Below the pieces are notes generated by a model that saw only the letters and a program-made list of their open reading frames with translations, did no database searches and was not told where the DNA came from. A stretch of DNA of 64,000 nucleotides from Polyangiales bacterium. Its GTDB lineage: Bacteria > Myxococcota_A > Polyangia > Polyangiales > Ga0077539. The stretch covers positions 64,001-128,000 of the forward strand of contig JBGARZ010000006.1 of the NCBI GenBank assembly GCA_044229975.1. The letters run 5' to 3'. This document shows positions 20,056 through 30,300 of the stretch, one piece after another (positions within the stretch are counted from its first letter, which is position 1; every line of letters begins with the position of its first letter). The position numbers and the translations under genes were made by a program.

Positions 20056-20520
20056 ATGGCACTCGCGGTCGGAACCCAGGCCCCTGACTTCACCCTCCCC
20101 GCCGGATCCGGCGAGACCGTCACGCTCTCGTCGCTGCGCGGCAAGAAGGTCGTGCTGCTCTTCTTCCCCGCCGCGTTCACCGGCGTCTGCACCAAGGAGA
20201 TGTGCGCCGTCGCGGACGACTACTCCGCCTACGAGAAGCTCAACGCGCAGCCGCTCGCCATCAGCGTCGACATGCCGTGGTCGCTCAAGAAGTTTGCCGC
20301 CGAGTCCAAGGCGACGTTTCCGTTTCTGTCGGACTTCAACAAGACCGCGACCCGCGACTACGACGTCTACCGCGAGAAGTTCGCCCTGGGCCTCGTCGGC
20401 GTCTCCGAGCGCGCCGTCTTCGTCATCGACGAAAACGGCGTCATCACCTACGCGTGGGTCGGCGAGAACCCGGGGGTCTTCCCCGACCTCGACGCCGTGA
20501 AGGCCGCGCTCGCGGGCTGA
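20056..20520 (+). CDS. Peroxiredoxin (AhpC/TSA, AhpE-like)
   Basis: [32 protein letters not shown]. Confidence 0.92.
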   Translation: MALAVGTQAPDFTLPAGSGETVTLSSLRGKKVVLLFFPAAFTGVCTKEMCAVADDYSAYEKLNAQPLAISVDMPWSLKKFAAESKATFPFLSDFNKTATRDYDVYREKFALGLVGVSERAVFVIDENGVITYAWVGENPGVFPDLDAVKAALAG

Positions 20521-20578
20521 TCCCGCCGCTCGCTCACGGCCCACGACGCGAGACCAGATTCGTCAGCCGCACTCCTTT

Positions 20579-20662
20579 CAAGGTCGTCGCGCCCGCCTTC
20601 GGACCGGGGTGCAGGCGCGAGACGCGACCAACCCCGGTCCGAAGGCGGGCACGACGACCTTG
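20579..20662. repeat. REP-doublet-like inverted repeat (32-bp arms, 20-bp spacer)
   Basis: caaggtcgtcgcgcccgccttcggaccggggt / accccggtccgaaggcgggcacgacgaccttg with 1 mismatch, between convergent genes. Confidence 0.8.
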
Positions 20663-20677
20663 GGAGGGATAAACCCC

Positions 20678-20974
20678 TCAGCCCTTCAGCCGACGAACGC
20701 CGCCCTGTCGCTCGGCGGCGAAGCGCTCCAGCACGGCGAGGTCCTTCGCATAGAGCTCGGTGTACCCGCACTTCGCGCAGACGACGGCCTCGGCGCGCAC
20801 GACCGAGCGCGCCATCTTCGCGCCGAAGAGGCCCGACTCACCGGTCTCGCCGTAGTGCGCCGTCAGCGTGAAGGCGTCGACGCCGTTGGCCGAGGTTCCG
20901 TCGGCGAGCAGCACCTGTTGGATGGCGTAGCGATCGTCGCCGCCGCAACGCGGGCACTTCCAGGTGGAGCTCAT
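20678..20974 (-). CDS. Small zinc-ribbon protein
   Basis: CPRCGG ... CAKCGYTELY. Confidence 0.7.
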   Translation of the reverse strand: MSSTWKCPRCGGDDRYAIQQVLLADGTSANGVDAFTLTAHYGETGESGLFGAKMARSVVRAEAVVCAKCGYTELYAKDLAVLERFAAERQGGVRRLKG

Positions 20975-20984
20975 GTGCTCGTCG

Positions 20985-21326
20985 CTACCGCCGCCCGCCG
21001 CCCGCCTTGCGCGCGTCGACCCTGATCGGCGCGTCGTACGTCTTCACCGGCGCGCTCACCTTCGCGACCACGCCGGAGATGTTCGACGCCATCGTCCACG
21101 TCCCGCGCGGCACGTTGAAGATCGTCCACAGCCGGTTGTGGCCCGTCGCCACCCACAGCCCGCCGTCGGCGCGCAGCACCACGCATGAGCTCCCCGCGCG
21201 CGACGGCGCGGCGTCCTCCAACAGGGCCACCTGCCGATCGAGGTCTTCCTCCAGCAGGCGCAGCACCCACGCGTCGATGCGCACGGCCGTGAACGGAGCA
21301 GGAACACCTCGCAGCAACGGCACCAT
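20985..21326 (-). CDS. Hypothetical protein
   Basis: Co-oriented ORF with protein-like composition filling the gap; start uncertain. Confidence 0.5.
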   Translation of the reverse strand: MVPLLRGVPAPFTAVRIDAWVLRLLEEDLDRQVALLEDAAPSRAGSSCVVLRADGGLWVATGHNRLWTIFNVPRGTWTMASNISGVVAKVSAPVKTYDAPIRVDARKAGGGRR

Positions 21327-21440
21327 CGTCGGCTCCCGTTCGGCCGCGACGGACGCCGGTGGTCGGCGCGCGTGCGTCCGATGCAGACGCTCACCCTAGC
21401 GCCCGATCGCGCGCGCTGTCACTGCGACCGAGGCCCCGCG

Positions 21441-21800
21441 CTACTTCTTGAGCTGTCCGGCAGCCTTCAGCTTCACCAGCTCGCTGTGCCCACCCAGGAG
21501 CACACCGTCCCTGAACACCATCGGGAAGGTGGGAAAGCCCGCCCACAGCTTGAGCGCGAGGCGCTCCTTCCACTTGGAGAGATAGCTCCCGTATTCGAGG
21601 TACGTGTACGTGATGCCCTCGGCGTCGAGGAGCTGCCGGGCCTTCTTCACCACGGGGTTTTGCGCCATGCCCACGACCACCACCGGGTCGCGCGCCACCA
21701 CGGCGGCCACCTCGTCGACGAAGGCGCGATGGAAGCCGGCCACCACGGCGTCAGCCTCGGGAGAGATCTTGTCAGCAGCCAGAACAGGTCGGGTCGTCAT
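21441..21800 (-). CDS. Glutaredoxin-like protein (no CxxC)
   Basis: VVVVGMAQNP..K.AR, W.GFPTFPMVF.DG.LLGG thioredoxin-fold motifs. Confidence 0.8.
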   Translation of the reverse strand: MTTRPVLAADKISPEADAVVAGFHRAFVDEVAAVVARDPVVVVGMAQNPVVKKARQLLDAEGITYTYLEYGSYLSKWKERLALKLWAGFPTFPMVFRDGVLLGGHSELVKLKAAGQLKK

Positions 21801-21851
21801 GGGCGCCGTCTCTATCACCAATCTGGTAAGCCGTTGGGGCTCCCCTCCCCC

Positions 21852-23912
21852 ATGAACGCCACGAAATCGTCCCCCTCCGCCGACGAGCTCACCGCCTTCG
21901 CGGCCCAGGTCGAGCGCGGCCTGCTCAACCTCTATCACGGTGACGTCGCCGACCGCCGCGTGCGCTACCGCGTCACCGAAGGCGCCTGGCCCGACGGCCT
22001 CTCGGGGCGCGTCTTCACCACGGTGTTCCCCTACCAGGCCGTGATGTCCACGCCGCAGCAGATCGCCGCTGCTCCCAACATGCTCGCCGCCCCCGGCCGC
22101 GTGCTCACCATCGACCTCACCGCGACGCCCACCACCGACGGCCCGCACATCGCGCTCTCCACGCAGGCCGTACGCAACGACGCGTGGCACCTCCGCAGTC
22201 TTGCCCCCGAGGCCTTCGTACGAACCGACTTCGCGGAGTTCTCGTGGTTCGGTCTGTCCAACCTCTCCAACACGACGCCCATCCCGACCTTCCCCGTCGG
22301 CCGCGACGGCGTTCGGATGCTGCTCACCTACGACGCCGGCCGCCCCGTCGAGACCTCCCCCGTCGACCTCGACGTCATCTCCCCCGTCGGCCGCTTGCGC
22401 GACTACCACGCCGCCGCGCGCGGGGTCTTCTCGCCGATGATCATGACGACGGGCCACCCGGTGTACGACCCCGCGTTCGAGCCCGGCCGACCGCGGCTCA
22501 TCTACACCAACCTCGTCCCACGCATCGACACCTTCCTCCGTCCGAGCGCGCCCGTCCGCGCCGACCTCTACGTGGTTACCTGGGACGGCGAAATGCCTGG
22601 TCCCACCGCGCCGATGCGCGTCCACGTCGACGGCCGCCCCGTGGTGATGGAACACGCCAGCGCCCACCAGATCTGCCTCACGCGCGACCACGTCGTGCTC
22701 CTCGGATCGACCCTCGTGCTCGGCGTCGCCTCGCTCATCAACCCGCTGCGACCGCTGCTGCGTGACGCCCTCCGCGACACCATCGGCGAGACCTTCGGCG
22801 CCGCCGGGACCGCCACCTTCGACAGCCTCAACGCCCGCGTGCCCGGCCGCCACGCCGCGTCGGTTCCGCCGTCCGAGACGCGCGTCTACGTCATCGAGAA
22901 GGCCGCCATCCGCCGCGCGCTCGCGGAGGGTTCATCGCACGTCGACGCGCGGGTGTTCACGCTCGACTGGGAGGCCACGCACGCCGTCGCCGATCACGAC
23001 TGCGACGACGACCGCATCACGCTCTACTGCCAGCACAACATCGGCGCCGACCCCGCCGACCAGCTCGAACCGGGTGACGTGCTGCTCGGTGGTGGTGTGG
23101 TGCGCCCCGAGCTCGAAGGCATCCTGTCGTCGTCCACCGACCTCAATCAGGTGCGCAAGCACGTCATCGATCTGCGCGACGGAACCATCACCACGACGGC
23201 CTACCCCGACCCCGATGGTGACGGCTTCGTGCACGGGCTCAACCTGTTGCCGCCGCTCCAGGTGCTGCCCTACCGGCCCGATGGTGATGAACGCGGCCAC
23301 GACCTCCAGCGCTGCGTGTCGCGCGTCGATCACACGGTCTGGGTCACCGGCGGTCACCTGCCATGCACCATGGATCAGCGCGTCTTCGACATCTTCTACC
23401 GCGCCCGGGTGTTGGGTCGTGACGAGCCGCGACGGTTGGTTCCCATCAACGAATACCTGCGGCGGGTGAACGACCCGGCGCACACGGTTCGGATGTTTCG
23501 GCTCGATCGCGATTTGAAGCTGGAGAGCGAGCACGTCTTCCCGGCGGGGTGGTTCATGGGGGCGCCGATCTTCGTTCCGCGGGAGAGCGCCGCGACGCTG
23601 CGCGACGGTTGGCTCGTGGGTCAGGTGTGGAGTCCCGACGCGCCGCACATGGAGCTGTGGGTGTGGGACGCCGCGCGCCCGTTGTCCGATGGGCCCGTGG
23701 TGAAGCTGGGGCCCGATACGCCGGGCGACGCGTTGCAGCCGGGCTTCCCGCTGCACTCGTCATGGATCGACGACGCCGGCGTGCGCGGGTGGGAGCGGCC
23801 GGCGTACGGGGTTCCGACGCTGGAGGTGCCGCGCTCGGTGAAGGCGCTGACGCTGATGACCGTGGCGGGGACGGCGCTCTCGCGCTGGGTGCAGCAGCGG
23901 CTGCGGGGGTGA
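21852..23912 (+). CDS. Carotenoid oxygenase/RPE65-family dioxygenase
   Basis: EGAWPDGLSG, SNTT, TYDAGRP, TGHPVYDP, HQICLT and FPLHSSW (His ligands). Confidence 0.75.
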   Translation: MNATKSSPSADELTAFAAQVERGLLNLYHGDVADRRVRYRVTEGAWPDGLSGRVFTTVFPYQAVMSTPQQIAAAPNMLAAPGRVLTIDLTATPTTDGPHIALSTQAVRNDAWHLRSLAPEAFVRTDFAEFSWFGLSNLSNTTPIPTFPVGRDGVRMLLTYDAGRPVETSPVDLDVISPVGRLRDYHAAARGVFSPMIMTTGHPVYDPAFEPGRPRLIYTNLVPRIDTFLRPSAPVRADLYVVTWDGEMPGPTAPMRVHVDGRPVVMEHASAHQICLTRDHVVLLGSTLVLGVASLINPLRPLLRDALRDTIGETFGAAGTATFDSLNARVPGRHAASVPPSETRVYVIEKAAIRRALAEGSSHVDARVFTLDWEATHAVADHDCDDDRITLYCQHNIGADPADQLEPGDVLLGGGVVRPELEGILSSSTDLNQVRKHVIDLRDGTITTTAYPDPDGDGFVHGLNLLPPLQVLPYRPDGDERGHDLQRCVSRVDHTVWVTGGHLPCTMDQRVFDIFYRARVLGRDEPRRLVPINEYLRRVNDPAHTVRMFRLDRDLKLESEHVFPAGWFMGAPIFVPRESAATLRDGWLVGQVWSPDAPHMELWVWDAARPLSDGPVVKLGPDTPGDALQPGFPLHSSWIDDAGVRGWERPAYGVPTLEVPRSVKALTLMTVAGTALSRWVQQRLRG

Positions 23913-23931
23913 GGGGATGGGGATGGGGATG

Positions 23932-24061
23932 AGCGAACCAACGCCCATCACTGGTTGGCACGACTCCGCGCGGGTTGGCCAAATTCCCATGGATGCGAAG
24001 CGCTGTCTGTGGTTGGCGCGCATCGAGAGTTCCGCCGCGCCCACAAGGGGAGCTCACTGGC
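23932..24061. repeat. ~130-bp direct repeat, copy 1
   Basis: Nearly identical to 25454-25584 (a few substitutions and one indel). Confidence 0.92.
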
Positions 24062-24146
24062 AGGCGAGTTCGTACGAGGATGCGCGTCTCCAGGGGCGTG
24101 CCGCAAAGGGCGAGGCGCAGTAGCTGGGGTGGTGTAGCGTGCGGTC

Positions 24147-24614
24147 GTGACGTGCGCCCTGCTCGACGGATTGTGGCCTGCCATTGAGTCGGGCGAGATC
24201 GACAGCATCGAGTTCGCCTTGGAGTATGTGGAAGTCGAGGTCGCGCGCGGACACCTGCACGGCGCCGAAGAAGCCTACGTCGAGGCGTTCGTGGTGGGCA
24301 TCGGTCAGTGCGCAGCGGCGGCCCGCAGTCAGTTCCAGACAGTGAAGATCGCCTGCGAGGTCGGAGGCGCGGGAGGCATCGGCGGCGTCGGTACGCTGCT
24401 CGCCAACGTCCTCGACGTGAACTCCGTGGGGCTGGCCTTCGGATTCGCGGGCGCCTTTATCACCCTCGCGGGACTTGCGGCTGTGGCGCTGTTTGGGCGA
24501 CGGAACGCCGAGGCAGGGCTGCTTATCCTGCCGAGACTCGCAAAGCTTCGGGAAGCTGGGCTCGCGGTCATCGCGGAGCGCGCCACGCTGCGGCGCGAGG
24601 GCGACAAGTCGTAG
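24147..24614 (+). CDS. Hypothetical protein with two C-terminal TM helices
   Basis: 155-aa ORF with a hydrophobic Gly/Ala-rich hairpin, inside the direct-repeat cassette. Confidence 0.5.
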   Translation: MTCALLDGLWPAIESGEIDSIEFALEYVEVEVARGHLHGAEEAYVEAFVVGIGQCAAAARSQFQTVKIACEVGGAGGIGGVGTLLANVLDVNSVGLAFGFAGAFITLAGLAAVALFGRRNAEAGLLILPRLAKLREAGLAVIAERATLRREGDKS

Positions 24615-24670
24615 TCCGCGCAGGACGGGCCTTGTCTTCGGCCATTCGGCCGCCTACCGTGAGTCCGGCC

Positions 24671-25054
24671 ATGACCTATTACGGGCTCACCCACACCGAA
24701 GCTCGGCACGGAACTCGAGCTGACTCCCGCGAGGGAGCGAGCGATGCTCTGATCGGGTTGGCGATCGTTACCGTCCTCGTGTTGCTGCTCGCCGCGTCGG
24801 TGACTTCGTTCGTGGTCGTGGCGATCTCCGGGGCGATCCCGATCGGCTCGCGGGCACTCGTGTTGGCATGCCTGTTCGTGTCCCTGCTGAGCGTGGCGCA
24901 CCGGGTTCGTTTTTTCCTTCGACGCGACCCGAGCAGCTACCAGCGCTTCCTCCATTGGCAGCGCCGCGCGATCGAGGAACCGGGCGTAGCCGACCGCATG
25001 GGAGCAGCCCGTGCGGCCCGCAACGCGCCCCCTCTGCCTCCCTTCACGCCGTAA
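24671..25054 (+). CDS. Hypothetical 2-TM membrane protein
   Basis: ATG at 24671; two strongly hydrophobic helices. Confidence 0.55.
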   Translation: MTYYGLTHTEARHGTRADSREGASDALIGLAIVTVLVLLLAASVTSFVVVAISGAIPIGSRALVLACLFVSLLSVAHRVRFFLRRDPSSYQRFLHWQRRAIEEPGVADRMGAARAARNAPPLPPFTP

Positions 25055-25130
25055 AGCCCGCCCTTTCCCGTGGAAAGCTCGATCGCAGTACGCCGTATTG
25101 CGGGCATTGCGGACAGCGTGCCGCGTCCAT

Positions 25131-25403
25131 TCACCCACCCCTACTACGGGTCGACCACGACGCTGCTGACGTGGAGAGCGCCGCTGCTAGCGCGACCAGC
25201 TCCCCGGCGTAGCGCGCGTCGTAGAACCGCTCCCACGTCGTCTGATCGACGCGCAGCGCCGCGCCACGTTGCCGCTCGAGCACCGCGCCCGCCACGCACT
25301 CCGAGAGCAGCGCGTACGCCTTCGCGCGCGACACGCCGGGCTGCTCCGCGACGTACTGCCAGCCGATCGCGCGACGGGAAGGAGCGGGACGCGGCGCGGT
25401 CAT
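25131..25403 (-). CDS. Small excisionase/AlpA-like helix-turn-helix protein
   Basis: IGWQYVAEQPGVSRAKAYALL...ALRVDQTTWERF resembles a Xis-type winged HTH. Confidence 0.55.
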   Translation of the reverse strand: MTAPRPAPSRRAIGWQYVAEQPGVSRAKAYALLSECVAGAVLERQRGAALRVDQTTWERFYDARYAGELVALAAALSTSAASWSTRSRGG

Positions 25404-25453
25404 CAGCGGTCTCTCGGCGAGATGCTCGGAGGCCCCTTCGACGAAGAGGCATA

Positions 25454-25584
25454 AGCGAGCCAACGCCCTACCACTGGTTGGCACGACTCCGCGCGGGTTG
25501 ACCCAACTCCCATGGATGCGAAGCGCTGTCTGTCGTTGGCGCGCATCGAGAGTTCCGCCGCGCCCACAAGGGGAGCTCGCTGGC
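25454..25584. repeat. ~130-bp direct repeat, copy 2
   Basis: Matches 23932-24061. Confidence 0.92.
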
Positions 25585-25620
25585 CACTCGCCGTGGGCGC
25601 AGGGGCTCCGGGTATATGCC

Positions 25621-26754
25621 TCAGGGAATGCAGACGCGGTTGAAGGAGTCAGGGCTGCACCGCCCGCTGCAACACTGCGCGTCGCTCGTGCAGCTGCTGC
25701 GGTTCCCGAAGCAGCAGCGCCCGCCCTCGCAGTTGCCACCGGCGGACCGCAGGCATCCCGAGTGTTGAGTGCAGGCCGCCCCGAGCCCGCCTCCGCAACG
25801 ATCGCCGAAGAGCATCCCGCCCACCGAGCCGCACGTCCGCCCGGCGGCACAGCACGTGGGCGGGACCCCTCCTGCCGTGTGGGTGCAGAACTCGCTCTCC
25901 CCCCACACGCACGCCGTCCGGCAGCCGCCCGCGTTGCACTCCTGGCCGCCCGCGCAGGCGCTGCCGCAGGCGCCGCAGTGGGCCGCGTTCGTCCGGGTGT
26001 CCACGCACGCCCCGGCGCACGCCGTCTGCCCGCTTGGGCAGAGCACGCACGCGCCCGCGACGCACACCCGCCCCGCCGCGCACGCGGCCCCGCACGCGCC
26101 GCAGTGGGCGGTGGTGGTCGCGAGCGTCACCTCGCAGCCGTTGGCGAGCGTGCCGTCGCAGCTCGCGTAGCCGGGCATGCATGCCACCGTGCATGCGCCA
26201 CCGCCGCACACGGGCGAGGCGTTGGCAGCCGAGGGGCACGCGACACCGCAGCAGTTGCCCGGTGTCGTGGCAGCGCACCCGGCCGGCAGCACGTCGGCGC
26301 CCGAACCGGCGTCGACGGGCGGTCCCACGTCCGGCGTGCCGACGTCCGGGGCGCCCGTGTCCGGCCCGCCCACGTCGGGCGCGGGACTCCCGGTGTCGGT
26401 CGCAGGAACGCCGGTGTCGACGAGCGGACTGCCTGTGTCGGTCGCGTCCGCGTCGATCACGCCCGCGTCGATCGCAGGACCACCCGTGTCAGGCGCTACC
26501 GCGGCATCGCCCGCATCCGCGGCGTCCATCCCGCCCGCGTCCCCGCCGCACTGGCAGGCGCCGTATGTCCGGTCTGCCTGGCAGACCTGCACGCTGCTGG
26601 CGCCGCCGGGGCACCCGCAGGTGATCTGGGTGCCCTGCACGCAGCCCGACGAGGGCAGCGGCACCGGGTCCGTCGGGCAGCCCGTGGGCAGCGCCGCCGC
26701 CGCCAGCATCCCCACCAAGTTGTTCGGGCGCCCACCCTTCGCCACCGTCTTCAT
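25621..26754 (-). CDS. Cysteine-rich repeat secreted/lipoprotein (myxobacterial CGACG type)
   Basis: D(A/T)G low-complexity linker then repeated HCGACGxAC units. Confidence 0.8.
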   Translation of the reverse strand: MKTVAKGGRPNNLVGMLAAAALPTGCPTDPVPLPSSGCVQGTQITCGCPGGASSVQVCQADRTYGACQCGGDAGGMDAADAGDAAVAPDTGGPAIDAGVIDADATDTGSPLVDTGVPATDTGSPAPDVGGPDTGAPDVGTPDVGPPVDAGSGADVLPAGCAATTPGNCCGVACPSAANASPVCGGGACTVACMPGYASCDGTLANGCEVTLATTTAHCGACGAACAAGRVCVAGACVLCPSGQTACAGACVDTRTNAAHCGACGSACAGGQECNAGGCRTACVWGESEFCTHTAGGVPPTCCAAGRTCGSVGGMLFGDRCGGGLGAACTQHSGCLRSAGGNCEGGRCCFGNRSSCTSDAQCCSGRCSPDSFNRVCIP

Positions 26755-26936
26755 GCTTGTGCCTCCGCCGTACTCGGTATCACGGGAAGCGGTTCGGTGA
26801 GATTGCCCTCCCTTCGGGCCGCGCGCGCTCGGGGCGACACTATCCCGGCGATCAACTCGCCGTCACCTGTTCAACCGACGCCACGTCAGGGCCCAGGGCG
26901 ATCATCGGCCGACCCGACCCCGACCTTTGGCCAATT

Positions 26937-27024
26937 TCGGCGAAGCATCGCCCACCCGTCGACGAAGCATCGGCCACTCATCGGCGAAGCATGGACCACC
27001 CGTCGGTGTCCCATCCTCCAACGA
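26937..27024. repeat. Tandem 22-bp repeats (3 good + 1 degenerate)
   Basis: tcggcgaagcatcgcccacccg / tcgacgaagcatcggccactca / tcggcgaagcatggaccacccg / tcggtgtcccatcctccaacga. Confidence 0.8.
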
Positions 27025-27345
27025 TTGGCCTTCCTCGCATGCTCCGGCGTGCTGTCGTCGATGGCCGAGCGCTCGCCCGACCTCGCCGCCGAGCTTGAGA
27101 CGGTGGTCGACTTCATGGCCACCGGCCCGCGCAAGGAGCCCGCGACGCCCGCCCAGGGCTGAAGAGGTGTTGACTCGTCGTCGCACAGATCGCGGAGCAC
27201 GCGCTCGCGCTCTACCGAGAGCTCGGAGTCGTCGACGGGTACGTCGGGGGAAGCGATCGACGCGGCGTCGCGGCACGCGATACAACCGCTCGCATGTCCC
27301 CACGGGGTCGGAACCTGTCGATCGCCGGCGCGGCGTCCTAGCGCG

Positions 27346-30300
27346 ATGACGGAGCGCATCGCGGGCCGCTTCGAGCTGCAACGCGTCGTCGGAGCGGGCG
27401 GCATGGGCGAGGTGTGGCTCGCGCTCGACGCGACCACCGGCGAGCGCGTGGCCCTCAAGCGAACGCACACCAACGCCGACCTCGTTCGCTTCGTTCGCGA
27501 GGCGGAGGTGCTGGCCTCGCTCGACCACCCGGGCATCGTTCGTCACGTGGCGCACGGCGAGGTCGATGGCCGCGGATACCTCGCCATGGCCTGGCTCGAC
27601 GGCGAGGACCTGTCGGCCCGCCTGAAGCGCGGTCGCCTCGGCGTCGCGGCGTCGCTCGACCTCGTCCGCCGGGTCGCGGAGGCGCTCTCCGTGGCGCACC
27701 GCCGCGGCGTCGTCCACCGAGACGTCAAGCCGGCGAACCTCTTCCTCGCGGGCGGCGAACTCGCGGCCGTCACCGTGCTCGACTTCGGCATCGCGCGGGT
27801 CGAGGGCGCCGTCCGCACCGGCACCGGGACCGTCATCGGAACGCCCGGCTACATGTCCCCGGAGCAGGCGCGCGGAGAGTCGTCCATCGACGCGCGCACC
27901 GACGTCTTCGCGCTCGGCTGTGTGCTCTTCGAGTGCATCGCAGGCCGCGCGCCCTTCGTCGGCGCCCACGCGATGGCGGTGCTGGTCAAGCTCCTCCTCG
28001 AAGCGCCGCCCCGGCTCACCGACCTCGCGCCCGAGACCCCTCCCGCCGTGGAGTCCCTCGTCGCGGCGATGCTCGCGAAGGATCCGACGGCCCGCCCGGC
28101 CGACGGCGCGGCCCTCGCCGAGCTCATCGCACGCGTGATGGAGGGTGGAGCCGTCGAGGCCGTCGAGGTCGCCGCCCTCGGCGCGGGCGAACGACGCGTC
28201 GCGACGGTGATGCTCTGGCGCGCGGGCGACGCGACGGCGCTCCCTGGCGCGCGCCTCGACCCGCTCGCCGACACCCTCGGCCCCAGCGACACGGTGGTCG
28301 ATGGGAGAAGCGCGCTGCGCGTCGAGCGGCTCGTGGACGGCACCTTCTTCGCGCTCCTGTCCTCCCTCGGCACGCCGCGAGACCACTGCCTCGCCGCCGG
28401 TCGGCGCGCGCTCGACCTCGTCCGCTCCGACCCCGGGGTGCGCGTCGCCATCGCGACCGACCACGCCGAGGACGCCGCCGCGAGCGCGACGGGGCCCGCC
28501 ATCGACCGGGCGAGCGCGATGCTGATGGACGTTCCGGCGGGGCAGGTGCTGCTCGACCCGCTGAGCGCGGCGCTCGTCGCAGAGCGCTACGTCGTCGAGC
28601 GCGACCCCTGGGGCGGGCGCCTCGTCGGACCGCACACGTCGTCAGCCGACGCTGCGCCCGCGACGCAGGACCGGCCGCTCCTCGGTCGCGACCGCGAGCT
28701 GCGGGTGCTGGAGTCGGCCCTGGAGGACGCCGCGTCGGGCCACGCCGGAACCGTCCTGGTGCTCGGGGACGCGGGCCTCGGCAAGTCGGCGCTCGCGCGG
28801 GCGCTCCGAGCGCTCGTCGCGAGGAGGAGCGGCGCGATCTACCTCGACGCGACGGCGGAGGCGCTCGACGTGGACGTCCCGTACGCGCTGCTCGGCGCGC
28901 TGCTCGCCCGCCCGTCGGGCGCGGCGGTGACGGTCGGGCCGGCGCTCGCGGCGATCCGGCGCCGTGGTGTCCCGACGCACGAGGACGTGGCCGACGAGCT
29001 CGCGGCGTGGCTGCGGTCGCTCGCGGAGGGGAGGCTGTTGGCGCTCGTCGTGGACGACGCGCACTGGGCGGACGAGCCGAGCATGCGCGCCCTGGTGCGG
29101 GCGCTGGACGGCTGTGACGACGCGACGCTGCTCGTCGTCGTCCAGGGTCGCCCGTCGACCGCAGAGCGCTTCGGAGTGGCACTGCAACGCCTCGGTCCCA
29201 TCGAGCTGCGGCTGCGCCCGCTGTCGACCGCCGCGGCGGGCGAGCTGGTGGCGCGCCTCGGCGGCGACCCGACCGGGTCGATCGTCGGTCGCGCGCAGGG
29301 CAACCCCTACGTCCTGGAGGAGCTCGTGCGCGCATCACAAGGCGCGACGCCCTCGGCCATGCCCGCGAGCGTCCTGGGGGTGGCGCAGGCCAACGTCGAC
29401 CACCTTGCTCCCTCGGCGCGACGAGCGCTGCGAGCGGCCAGCGTGTTGGGTCAGCGCTTCACCCGCGCGGCGCTGCTCGCCGTGCTTGGTGGCGACCCGC
29501 GCACCGCGGCGGACGCCCTGGACGAGGCCGTGCGTGCCGAGGCCGTGCGCGCCGACGGACCAGAGGGCTTCTCGTTCCGCCACGCGCTCACCCGCGACGC
29601 GGTCTACGCGATGATCCCGGAGCGCGATCGGGTCGCGGCGCACGGCCGCGCGGCGCGATGGATCGAGGCCGAAGGCTCGGTGGTCCCCGCGGTGCTCGCC
29701 CACCATCTGGCGCGCGCGGGCGAGGTCGAGCGCGCCGTCGCCTGCTACCGCGACGCGGCGCAGGAGGCCCTGCTCGCGAGCGACCGCGGCGCCATCGAGC
29801 GCATCGACGCGGAGGTGGCGGCGCTCGCCCCGGCGCACCCGACGCGGGTCGACCTGCTGGCCATGCTGGCCGACCGCCTGCTCGGGGCTGACGGGCCCGC
29901 GCGCGAGGCCGCCGCCCGCGGTGCGCTGGCCATGCTCGCACCCGACTCGCCGCGTCGCCCGCTGCTGCTCGCGCGCCTCGTCGCTGCGCGCCCCGATGAC
30001 GACACCGTCGCCGAGGCGGTGGCCGAGCTACGCCTCCTCGCGGCCCCCGACCCGCGGCTGCTCATGCCGCTCGACGGCATCTTCAACTTCACCAACGCGG
30101 CGGGCGCGCTGCGCCACCAGGGCGAGGTCCTCGCGCTCATCGACCGCCATCAGACCGGGACCTGGCCCGGCACCGCGCTCGTGCAGCGCCGCGAGCTCGA
30201 GCGCGCGTTCGACGAGGCGCGTGTTCCGAACGGGGCCACCGGGGCCGATGCGTTCCGTTGTCACGAGTGGCGCTTCTACCTGCTGCGGCACCTCGGGCGC

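Noticed and set aside
23913..23930. (GGGGAT)x3 microsatellite after the oxygenase stop
   Set aside because: Too short to interpret, although it sits at the edge of repeat copy 1.
23932..25584. Direct repeats as integron attC sites or tRNA-derived att sites
   Set aside because: ccaac/gttgg motifs are present but do not fit RYYYAAC/GTTRRRY, there is no intI, and no tRNA T-arm or cloverleaf is recognisable.
25621..26754. Cys-rich repeats as a novel repeat system
   Set aside because: Ordinary coding repeats of a common myxobacterial secreted protein type.
26937..27024. Possible CRISPR array
   Set aside because: Repeats are contiguous with no unique spacers, and no cas genes are present.
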